In this document: positions 1-7,294 of the stretch, piece by piece
How the letters are laid out: each line of letters begins with the position of its first letter
Position numbering within the stretch: position 1 is the stretch's first letter
Assembly (NCBI RefSeq): GCF_000981785.2
Contig: NZ_CP011304.1
Coordinates: 570,001-602,000, forward strand
Reading direction: 5' to 3'
Origin: Microcystis aeruginosa NIES-2549
Lineage (GTDB): Bacteria > Cyanobacteriota > Cyanobacteriia > Cyanobacteriales > Microcystaceae
DNA length: 32,000 nucleotides
Notes under the pieces: model-generated
Told to the model about the DNA's origin: nothing
Databases searched by the model: none
The model's input: the letters and a program-made list of their open reading frames with translations, nothing else
Made by a program: the position numbers and the translations under genes

Positions 1-356
1 TCATCTACTCCTTCATAATGCCCGCAGATGAGAATTAACTGCTGATAACTACCGGCCCAAGTTTTCAGTAAAGCTTGATTGAGAGGTTCCCCCTGGGGAG
101 TCATCAGCACGATCTCCCGGGGTGGTAAAGTTTCTAAAGACTCGATCGCCTCAAAAATTGGCTCTGGTTTTAATAACATTCCCACACCACCACCGTAGGG
201 TTCATCATCGACGCGACGGTGTTTATCGTGGGCAAAATCTCGGAGATTGACCAAATTTACCCTAGCGATGTCGCGTTCGAGAGCTTTTGCCAACAACCCC
301 GACTGCAGCGGTGAAGTAAAAAAATCGGGAAAGAGAGTAATAATGTCAAACTGCAC
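1..356 (-). CDS. trmD: tRNA (guanine37-N1)-methyltransferase TrmD, N-terminal part (gene runs off the window start)
   Basis: My own translation of the reverse strand from GTG at 356-354 gives VQFDIITLFPDFFTSPLQSGLLAKALERDIARVNLVNLRDFAHDKHRRVDDEPYGGGVGMLLKPEPIF...LILICGHYEGVD. The DDxPYGGGxGM and CGxYEGxD motifs are characteristic of TrmD. The ORF track does not list it because it is truncated by the window edge. Confidence 0.85.
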   Translation of the reverse strand, partial: MQFDIITLFPDFFTSPLQSGLLAKALERDIARVNLVNLRDFAHDKHRRVDDEPYGGGVGMLLKPEPIFEAIESLETLPPREIVLMTPQGEPLNQALLKTWAGSYQQLILICGHYEGVD

Positions 357-729
357 GGGGAAAATTAAGGCCTAGACTGGAATAGTGTTTAATGTATCAT
401 TTTGTCACGGCTCGATCGGTTAAAATCTTGCTAATTTTGCGCTAGTCTATCTCGATAACATGGTAGACTATGCTGTACTGTCTAGGGGTTTTTCTGGCTC
501 TAGCTTGAGTGATCGAAGTCTAGCCTAGACTTAAAGTTAACTAAAAGTCCGTCATTGCCAGTGGATCGAAGAAAATTGCTAAAATCGCCTCTACTATTGC
601 TTGATGTCCCGAAAAATATTCCTAAACCGCATTTTTTTCCGTAAACCGTTCAGGGAAAATAACATCAAGATACCTGTCCATCTTCCCGAAACACCTTCCA
701 TCCCTAAAAATGTCTATTCGTTCAGTGAC

Positions 730-1584
730 ATGATCATCGAGCTAGAAACCCAAAACCACCAAAATCCTACCCCCATATCTCTCAAAACGGCGATTTTAGT
801 CATTGGAGGTGCCGAGGATAAAGTCCACGGTAAAGAGATACTGCATACCTTTTGGAATCGCGCTGGGGGTAGCGAAGCAGTGATCGCTATTGTTCCCTCC
901 GCTTCCAGAGAACCGGTGTTAATCGGCGATCGCTATCAGAAGATTTTCGAGGAAATGGGGGCAAAATACGTCAAAGTTATCGATATTCGTGATCGCGTAC
1001 AGGGAGAAGACCCCCAATTCCAGGCCTACATCGAAGAATGTACAGGTGTATTTATGACTGGAGGCGACCAGCTGCGTTTATGCGGTTTGCTCTCCGATAC
1101 CCCCCTGATGGAAAGAATCAGACAAAGAGTGCAACAGGGAGAACTGACCTTGGCTGGAACTAGCGCCGGGGCTGCCGTTATGGGTCATCACATGATTGCC
1201 GGGGGCAGCAGCGGGGAAGCACCCAATCGGGCCCTAGTGGACATGGCCATGGGATTAGGTCTCATTCCTGAAGTCATTGTCGATCAACATTTCCACAATC
1301 GCAACCGCATGGCTCGGTTAATGAGCGCTATCTCTGGTTATCCCGAACGTTTAGGAATTGGCATCGATGAGGATACCTGCGCTATGTTTGAACGGGATGG
1401 CACGATGACGGTAATCGGCTGCGGTACGGTAACGGTAATTGATGCCAGGGAAATGTCCCACACCAACCACCATCACGTCACCGCCAACGAACCCCTGAGT
1501 CTGCATAATCTGCGGGTGCATATTCTTTCCTACGGTGATAGCTATCATCTCAAAAAACACCAAGTGATCGCTAAATTAGGGTAA
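730..1584 (+). CDS. cphB: Cyanophycinase (peptidase S51)
   Basis: The ORF is 601..1584. It contains ILVIGGAEDK, FMTGGDQLRL, GTSAGAAVMG (catalytic Ser) and DQHFHNRNRMARL, typical of CphB. The TTG at 601 adds about 43 poorly conserved residues. ATG at 730 (MIIELETQ...) gives a length of 284 aa, close to the roughly 270-aa length I recall for characterised cyanophycinases. The start is uncertain. Confidence 0.9.
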   Translation: MIIELETQNHQNPTPISLKTAILVIGGAEDKVHGKEILHTFWNRAGGSEAVIAIVPSASREPVLIGDRYQKIFEEMGAKYVKVIDIRDRVQGEDPQFQAYIEECTGVFMTGGDQLRLCGLLSDTPLMERIRQRVQQGELTLAGTSAGAAVMGHHMIAGGSSGEAPNRALVDMAMGLGLIPEVIVDQHFHNRNRMARLMSAISGYPERLGIGIDEDTCAMFERDGTMTVIGCGTVTVIDAREMSHTNHHHVTANEPLSLHNLRVHILSYGDSYHLKKHQVIAKLG

Positions 1585-1600
1585 AAAAACTCCTGAAAAA

Positions 1601-1620
1601 CTGTTCATCGTGAACAGTTT
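1601..1620 (+). terminator. Small hairpin plus TTT downstream of cphB (weak intrinsic terminator candidate)
   Basis: ctgttca-tcg-tgaacag forms a perfect 7-bp stem (1601-1617) followed by ttt, 17 nt after the cphB stop. Confidence 0.3.
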
Positions 1621-1694
1621 ACCGATCTCGGAAACCCAGACAATAAACAACGGCTTCTTTGTGCTTCTCAACAGCGAACACCAGCTATATCGTC

Positions 1695-1906
1695 ACTAAC
1701 CCCGCCCTAAAAGGGACGGGGTTTGCCTAAACCAATTTAGGCGACGCAAGTAGAGACTACCGCACCGAGACGCAATCTGGCACAGACCTCCGAATGCTTC
1801 CCTAGTTCGGATTCTCTCTAAGCTTTATTGGTAAAGCGTTGTTAGACAAGACATCTTGATTGTGTTGCGGTAAGGGACTTTAACTTCACTCTTAAGGATT
1901 ATCTCC
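1695..1906 (+). ncRNA. Candidate omega-RNA scaffold of the IsrB element (extent uncertain; the guide is expected just 5' of the scaffold)
   Basis: In IscB/IsrB systems the omega-RNA is encoded directly upstream of the nuclease ORF, sometimes overlapping it. This roughly 210-nt leader has no credible ORF. It contains the hairpins 1700-1721, 1725-1742 (gcctaaa/tttaggc) and 1789-1811 (tccgaa/ttcgga). No covariance-model check was possible. Confidence 0.4.
1700..1721 (+). repeat. 5'-side subterminal hairpin (LE-like)
   Basis: ccccgccct-aaa-aggg(a)cgggg forms a 9-bp stem with one bulged A, followed by gttt. A near-identical stem and tail occur at 3015-3047. Confidence 0.6.
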
Positions 1907-3004
1907 ATGGCAAGAGTTCCTGTTATCTCAAAAGACGGAAAACCGTTGATGCCCACTAAACCCAGTCGGGCCAGGCGGTGGATTAAGGAAGGAAAAGCTA
2001 TCGGTAAATTCAACGACTTAGATATTTTCTATGTCCAGTTAACCGATGAACCTTCCGATAACAAAACCCAACCGATTGCTATTGGTATTGACCAGGGTAA
2101 ATTATTTTCGGGAATTGGCGTTCAATCCTCTCTTTTTACTCTTTGGAAGGCTCACTTAGAACTTCCTTTTAAACGAGTAAAAGAGCGCATGGACAATCGC
2201 TGCTTAATGCGAAGAGGACGTAGAGGAAGACGGATTAACCGCCAACTTCCTTTTAATCTAAGAGCGCATCGACAAAAACGATTCTTAAATAGAAGACAAG
2301 GAAAATTAGCTCCCTCAATCAGAGCTAATCGTCAACTTGAACTTCGAGTCGTTTCCGAACTAACCAAAATCTATCCAATTACCGATATTTATTTTGAGTA
2401 CATCAAAGCCGATGTTGATTTAACTTCTGGTAGAAAAGGGGCTAAGTCTGGAAAAGGTTTCTCGCCGGTTATGGTTGGACAAAAATGGGCTATTGAGCAA
2501 CTGTCTCAGTTTGCAACAGTCCATACTCGCTTTGGTTGGCAAACCTCTAATCTCAGAAAACATTTGCGACTAGAAAAGTCTAAAAATAAAGCAGAACAAT
2601 CACCAGAAAGTCATGCTAACGATGGAATTGCTCTTGCCTGTTTTCAATTTTTAGATTATTTGCCATTTCACAATTCTAATGGTCATGGATATGATTGGAA
2701 GGGTTATGTTAAAGTAACAAACGCTCCCTTTGCTGTCATCAAACGTCCTCCTATTAGTCGTCGTCAACTTCACCTGATGGTTTTTTCTAAAGGTGGTAAA
2801 CGACGTAAATATGGTGGCTCTACCACAAGACATGGGTTCCGTAAAGGAGATTTAGTTTCTTCTCCCAAAGGGATTGGTTATGTAAGTGGAGATACCGAAA
2901 AACAGCTATCTGTAAGCGATACCAGTTGGAAACGATTGGGACAAATAGCTGTTAGCAAGATTCAGTTAATTCGTCGTTCTAACGGTTTAATTGTTTCTCA
3001 CTAA
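1907..3004 (+). CDS. isrB: IsrB-type OMEGA nuclease (IscB homologue lacking HNH; RRXRR/PLMP-domain RuvC protein)
   Basis: Motifs seen: PLMP (VISKDGKPLMPTKPSRARRW); RuvC-I (IAIGIDQGKLFSGIGV); Arg-rich bridge helix (RRGRRGRRINRQ...RFLNRRQGKLAPSIRANRQ); RuvC-II (TDIYFEYIKAD); RuvC-III (ESHANDGIALA). The C-terminus is beta-rich (GFRKGDLV...GIGYVSGD). Only about 65 aa separate RuvC-II from RuvC-III, and there is no CxxC/HNH signature. At 365 aa the size fits IsrB rather than IscB. Confidence 0.75.
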   Translation: MARVPVISKDGKPLMPTKPSRARRWIKEGKAIGKFNDLDIFYVQLTDEPSDNKTQPIAIGIDQGKLFSGIGVQSSLFTLWKAHLELPFKRVKERMDNRCLMRRGRRGRRINRQLPFNLRAHRQKRFLNRRQGKLAPSIRANRQLELRVVSELTKIYPITDIYFEYIKADVDLTSGRKGAKSGKGFSPVMVGQKWAIEQLSQFATVHTRFGWQTSNLRKHLRLEKSKNKAEQSPESHANDGIALACFQFLDYLPFHNSNGHGYDWKGYVKVTNAPFAVIKRPPISRRQLHLMVFSKGGKRRKYGGSTTRHGFRKGDLVSSPKGIGYVSGDTEKQLSVSDTSWKRLGQIAVSKIQLIRRSNGLIVSH

Positions 3005-3014
3005 CTTGTATAAA

Positions 3015-3044
3015 GCCGCCCTCCGCTATCGCTAAAGGGCGGGG
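3015..3044 (+). repeat. 3'-side subterminal hairpin (RE-like)
   Basis: ccgccct (3016-3022) pairs with agggcgg (3036-3042) across a 13-nt loop, followed by ggtttcag. It shares ctaaaggg(a)cggggttt with the 1700-1724 copy and ends 19 nt before the cphA ATG. Confidence 0.6.
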
Positions 3045-3063
3045 TTTCAGACCCATTTTTTCG

Positions 3064-5697
3064 ATGAAAATTCTCAGAACCCAAACCCTGCGCGGTCCCA
3101 ACTACTGGAGTATTCGTCGCGACAAGCTCATTGTTATGCGTCTAGATCTCGAAGATCTCGCAGAGAAGCCATCGAATGAAATCCCAGGCTTTTATGAGGG
3201 ACTAATCGATGTTCTCCCCAGTTTAGTCGAACATTACTGCTCCCCCGGTTATCGCGGCGGTTTCTTTGAACGAGTCCGCACTGGCACTTATATGGGCCAC
3301 ATTATCGAACATATCGCCCTGGAATTGCAGGAATTGGCGGGAACTCCCGTCGGGTTTGGTCGCACTAGAGGCACCTCAACCCCAGGAGTCTATAACGTGG
3401 TGTTTGAATACGTTGAGGAGCAAGCGGGACGTTATGCGGGTCGGGCTGCCGTGCGGTTGTGTCAATCGATTGTCGATACGGGAACCTATCCTCAGGAAGA
3501 ATTGGCCCAAGATTTAGCCGATTTACGCGATTTATGCAATAATGCCTCCCTCGGTCCGAGTACCGAAACCATCGTCAAAGAAGCACAAGCTAGAAATATC
3601 CCCTGGTTACTCCTGAGCGCTCGTGCCATGGTGCAATTGGGCTATGGCGTTCACCAAAAGCGCATTCAAGCCACTTTAAGCAGTTTTTCGGGGATTTTAG
3701 CCGTTGAGTTGGCCTGTGACAAGGAAGGCACGAAAACTATCCTCAAGGATGCCGGCATTCCCGTCCCCCGGGGTACGGTGATTCAATACTTGGATGAGTT
3801 GTCAGCGGCAATCGAGGAAGTGGGAGGATTTCCCATCGTGATTAAACCCCTCGATGGCAACCACGGCCGCGGCATCAGCATCGACATCAAAAATCAGCAG
3901 GAAGCAGAGGAAGCCTATGATCTAGCCAGTGCCGCCTCGAAAACCCGCAGCGTGATCGTAGAAAGGTACTATAAAGGCAGTGATCACCGAATTTTAGTCA
4001 TAAATGGCAAAGTCGCCGCCGTGGCCGAACGGATCCCCGCTCACGTCGTCGGTAATGGGCGCTCAACTATAGAAGAATTAATCGAAATTACTAATCGGGA
4101 TCCCAACCGGGGTGAGGGTCACGCCAACGTTTTAACTAAAATAACTATTGACAAAACCGCCCTTAATGTGCTAGGGAAACAGGGCTATGAATTAACCAGC
4201 ATTTTACCCCAAGGTGCGATTGCCTATCTGCGGGCCACGGCTAATTTAAGCACCGGCGGCATCGCCGTGGATCGTACCGACGAAATTCACCCCGAAAACG
4301 TCTGGATCGCCCAAAGAGTGGCAAAATTAATCGGTTTGGACATTGCCGGGATCGATGTGGTGACAGAGGATATCCGCAAACCCCTGCGAGAAGTGGACGG
4401 GGTAATCGTAGAAGTCAACGCCGCTCCCGGTTTTCGGATGCACGTCGCCCCCAGTCGCGGTTTACCCCGCAATATCGCCGCCCCGGTTATCGATATGTTA
4501 TTCCCCCCCGGGACTCCCAGTCGCGTGCCGATTCTGGCAATTACGGGAACTAACGGCAAAACCACCACTAGCCGCTTAATTTCTCATATTTGCCGACAAA
4601 CGGGGAAAGTAGTCGGATTTACCACGACGGACGGCGTATATATCGATGATTATCTGGTAGAAAAGGGCGATAACACCGGTCCCTACAGTGCCAGTATGAT
4701 TTTGAAGGATCCCACAGTCGAGATTGCCGTATTAGAAACGGCCCGGGGTGGTATCCTGCGATCGGGTTTAGCCTTTAATCAGTGCGATGTGGGAGTGGTG
4801 TTAAATGTGGCCGCTGACCATTTGGGTATCGGTGATATCGACACCATTGAACAAATGGCAAAAGTAAAAAGCGTTGTGGCCGAGGTGGTTAGCGCCGAGG
4901 GTTACGCGGTTTTAAATGCCGATGACCCCTTGACCGCTAGTATGGCCGAAAAAGTCAAGGGAAGAGTGGCTTATTTTTCCATGAGTGCCGATAACCCGAT
5001 TATTCACGACCATATCCGTCGCGGTGGCATGGCCGCCATTTATGAGAATGGCTATCTGTCGATTCTAGAGGGAGAATGGACGCTGAGAATCGAGGAAGCG
5101 GTCAATATTCCCGTGACTATGCAGGGAATGGCCCCTTTTATGATTGCTAACGCCTTGGCCGCCTGTTTAGCCACTTTTGTGCAGGGTATCGATATCGAGT
5201 TAATTCGCCAAGGAGTGCGGACTTTTAAACCTTCCGTGGCCCAGACCCCCGGCAGGATGAACTTGTTTGACTTGGGACACCATCACGCTTTAATCGATTA
5301 TGCCCATAATCCGGCTGGATACGAAGCCGTCGGCGGTTTTGTCGGCAATTGGTCCGGGGAAAAAGTCGGCGTGGTCGGCGGACCTGGCGATCGACGCGAT
5401 GATGATTTAATTTTATTAGGGAAATTATCAGCCCAAATGTTCGATCGAATTATTGTTAAGGAAGATAACGATACTCGCGGTCGCCGCCGGGGGGAAGTGG
5501 CCGATTTAATTCTCCGGGGAATTAGCCAAGAAAATGCCAGTTTGCGGCCGGAAGTTATTCTCGATGAAACGGAGGCTTTAGAGAAGGCTTTAAGCACGGT
5601 TTCTGAGGGTGGTTTAGTGGTAATTTTCCCGGAAAGTGTCACCCAGGCGATCGATTTGATCGAGAAACATCGACCCCTGACCGATAACCGGGGTTAA
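3064..5697 (+). CDS. cphA: Cyanophycin synthetase
   Basis: 877 aa. The N-terminus MKILRTQTLRGPNYWS is followed by an ATP-grasp region (IVIKPLDGNHGRG) and a Mur-ligase-like C-terminal half (ITGTNGKTTT P-loop). It lies next to cphB. Confidence 0.95.
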   Translation: MKILRTQTLRGPNYWSIRRDKLIVMRLDLEDLAEKPSNEIPGFYEGLIDVLPSLVEHYCSPGYRGGFFERVRTGTYMGHIIEHIALELQELAGTPVGFGRTRGTSTPGVYNVVFEYVEEQAGRYAGRAAVRLCQSIVDTGTYPQEELAQDLADLRDLCNNASLGPSTETIVKEAQARNIPWLLLSARAMVQLGYGVHQKRIQATLSSFSGILAVELACDKEGTKTILKDAGIPVPRGTVIQYLDELSAAIEEVGGFPIVIKPLDGNHGRGISIDIKNQQEAEEAYDLASAASKTRSVIVERYYKGSDHRILVINGKVAAVAERIPAHVVGNGRSTIEELIEITNRDPNRGEGHANVLTKITIDKTALNVLGKQGYELTSILPQGAIAYLRATANLSTGGIAVDRTDEIHPENVWIAQRVAKLIGLDIAGIDVVTEDIRKPLREVDGVIVEVNAAPGFRMHVAPSRGLPRNIAAPVIDMLFPPGTPSRVPILAITGTNGKTTTSRLISHICRQTGKVVGFTTTDGVYIDDYLVEKGDNTGPYSASMILKDPTVEIAVLETARGGILRSGLAFNQCDVGVVLNVAADHLGIGDIDTIEQMAKVKSVVAEVVSAEGYAVLNADDPLTASMAEKVKGRVAYFSMSADNPIIHDHIRRGGMAAIYENGYLSILEGEWTLRIEEAVNIPVTMQGMAPFMIANALAACLATFVQGIDIELIRQGVRTFKPSVAQTPGRMNLFDLGHHHALIDYAHNPAGYEAVGGFVGNWSGEKVGVVGGPGDRRDDDLILLGKLSAQMFDRIIVKEDNDTRGRRRGEVADLILRGISQENASLRPEVILDETEALEKALSTVSEGGLVVIFPESVTQAIDLIEKHRPLTDNRG

Positions 5698-6060
5698 AAG
5701 TTGGGAAAAAGAGCTAGAAAATAAAGTAGGGAGATTCTTAGCTGTTAGCCGCCGATACTCAAGCAATTCTCTTACTTTGTGCCAATTTTGGACAAAATCG
5801 CCCTACAGAACCCTCGCCCTTCACCTTGAGCGAGTATAATAGTCTTGCTAGTTGGCTACGGCAACAGCAATTAACTCCCACAGACCTGCTTGATCGCAGT
5901 TTACAAGAAAAATTACCAGATATCACGATTGCGCGCACTGGATTCTGGGCGTCTTTTTTCCCTACTCAATCGGGGTTTTTTGCTGGGATTACCCCTAGAA
6001 ACATGGCTAAACCAAGGACTTTGGATTATCGGACGGGGAGAGGATATTTATAAGTTGGAT

Positions 6061-6094
6061 GCGACTAGAATATAATATTTTAGTCGCTTTTTTT
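6061..6094 (+). terminator. Intrinsic terminator-like hairpin plus T7 tract with no annotated gene upstream
   Basis: gcgacta-(13 nt)-tagtcgc forms a 7-bp stem (6061-6087) immediately followed by ttttttt (6088-6094). Confidence 0.5.
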
Positions 6095-6179
6095 CATTAT
6101 GAAGCTATCATTCAACACTTCTGGGAATGTCCCTACAGTTTAGAATATCTGCTCGCTCTCGATTGGGTTCCTCCAGAAA

Positions 6180-7109
6180 ATGAATAAAGGAAAAAACGAA
6201 ATGCTGAAAAAATTTCTACGTTGGCTGATTATTGGGGGAACCTTATTTTTTGTTCTCAGTAACCTTAAAAATAACTGGGATAACGTTACCTCAGTTAGAA
6301 TTGAAAATCATGGTTGGTTATTTCTTTTCTTGGCACTTGTAACCACCATTATCGCTCAAATTTGGGCAGGATGGGTGTGGACATGGATACTCAAAAGCTA
6401 TCAACAACCGATTAAAACCTCCGCAGGAATTGGCATCTATATGATTACCAATTTAGGAAAATATCTACCTGGTAATATCGGTCACTTTTATGCTCGCATC
6501 GTGGCAATTAATAAAGCAGGGAGTGATTGGGGAACTGCTAGTTTAAGCGTTTTATTAGAACTTTTACTACTGGTATGTGCAGCCTTAGCCATAGCAGTAA
6601 TTGCTAGTGGTTTAGGTTGGATGAAATCTAGCTCAAGTCTAGGGATACAGATATTAGTTTTAGGATTAATTTTAATCGGCATTCATCCCAAATTTTTAAA
6701 TTATCCTCTCAAAATCCTTAGCCAAAAGAAAAAGATTGCTCAAGAACCAGTTTATCTAACTAAATATCCTCTCGTCCCTCTCCTCGGTGAAACTGGATTT
6801 TTATTGTGGCGCGGCGCGGGTTTTATTTTAGCTGGGATGGTATTAAAAATGATCACCCCCGCTCAGATTTTACCCCTACTAGGAACCTTTAGTTTTGCTT
6901 GGTTATTGGGTTTAGTTGTCCCTGGAGCGCCGGGAGGATTAGGAGTGTTTGAAGCTACAGTAATCGCACTTTTAGACACAGAAAAATTTCCCGCCGCTAA
7001 CGTACTTGTCACCGTTGCTATCTATCGTTTAATTAGCATTCTCTCCGAAGTCATTGCCGCCGTAATCGGGACAAAATTAGTTAAAGATAAAGCCAAGTTT
7101 TTTAGTTAG
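6180..7109 (+). CDS. UPF0104 / lysylphosphatidylglycerol-synthase-TM-like (flippase-like) integral membrane protein
   Basis: 309 aa with multiple predicted TM helices. The motif NLGKYLPGNIGHFYAR and a C-terminal PGAPGGLGVFEA are typical of the UPF0104 family. The start could be 6180 or 6201. Confidence 0.65.
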   Translation: MNKGKNEMLKKFLRWLIIGGTLFFVLSNLKNNWDNVTSVRIENHGWLFLFLALVTTIIAQIWAGWVWTWILKSYQQPIKTSAGIGIYMITNLGKYLPGNIGHFYARIVAINKAGSDWGTASLSVLLELLLLVCAALAIAVIASGLGWMKSSSSLGIQILVLGLILIGIHPKFLNYPLKILSQKKKIAQEPVYLTKYPLVPLLGETGFLLWRGAGFILAGMVLKMITPAQILPLLGTFSFAWLLGLVVPGAPGGLGVFEATVIALLDTEKFPAANVLVTVAIYRLISILSEVIAAVIGTKLVKDKAKFFS

Positions 7110-7125
7110 CTTAGGGATATTAGTC

Positions 7126-7153
7126 GGGTGTGTTAGCCCAATGTAACGCACCC
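7126..7153 (+). repeat. GGGTGTGTTA...TAACGCACCC hairpin element downstream of the 6180..7109 CDS
   Basis: A 10-bp stem (one G.U on the + transcript) lies 17 nt after the stop. A related copy occurs at 31002-31028. Confidence 0.55.
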
Positions 7154-7294
7154 AGAAGAAAAGTTTTGATCATTGTTAACTGAAGATAATTTTCTCAACT
7201 CCTAACATCTATCTCCTCACTCCTAAATTCTGATGTAACATAGGATCAATAATCAGCAAAAATATGGATACTCCCACCTAGAGAGGCCGAAAAA

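Larger units (their letters stand above)
1690..3055 (+). mobile_element. Non-autonomous IS200/IS605-superfamily-like element carrying isrB plus an omega-RNA region (boundaries approximate)
   Basis: A single IsrB-like ORF has a long structured leader and is bracketed by similar hairpins that share AAAGGG(A)CGGGGTTT (1700-1724 and 3034-3047). No TnpA (HUH/Y1) ORF is present. The region sits in the normally short cphB-cphA spacer, looks visibly more AT-rich than its neighbours, and I saw no HIP1 octamer in it. Confidence 0.55.

Noticed and set aside
464-479. I considered an NtcA-type site (GTA-N8-TAC) in gtagactatgctgtac upstream of cphB, and a similar gtacgggggatgatac at about 21618.
   Set aside because: The spacing between GTA and TAC is 10 nt in both cases, not the canonical 8.
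601-729. I considered a 43-residue N-terminal extension of cyanophycinase from the TTG at 601.
   Set aside because: The extension is basic and low-complexity (MMSRKIFLNRIFFRKPFREN). It starts at a rare codon and makes the protein longer than the typical CphB length I recall (roughly 270 aa). The internal ATG at 730 is more plausible, though this is not proven.
1907-3004. I asked whether this ORF is a full IscB/Cas9-like nuclease with an HNH domain, or a TnpB.
   Set aside because: I saw no CxxC...HNH-type motif and the RuvC-II to RuvC-III spacing is too short for an HNH insert. The N-terminal PLMP motif and Arg-rich helix argue against TnpB, which lacks PLMP and carries its RNA at the 3' end.
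5826-6075. I considered two overlapping small ORFs of 75 aa and 61 aa as genes.
   Set aside because: One has a TTG start. They overlap in different frames, and I see no recognisable motif or obvious RBS. The region is kept only as a possible small transcript (see findings).
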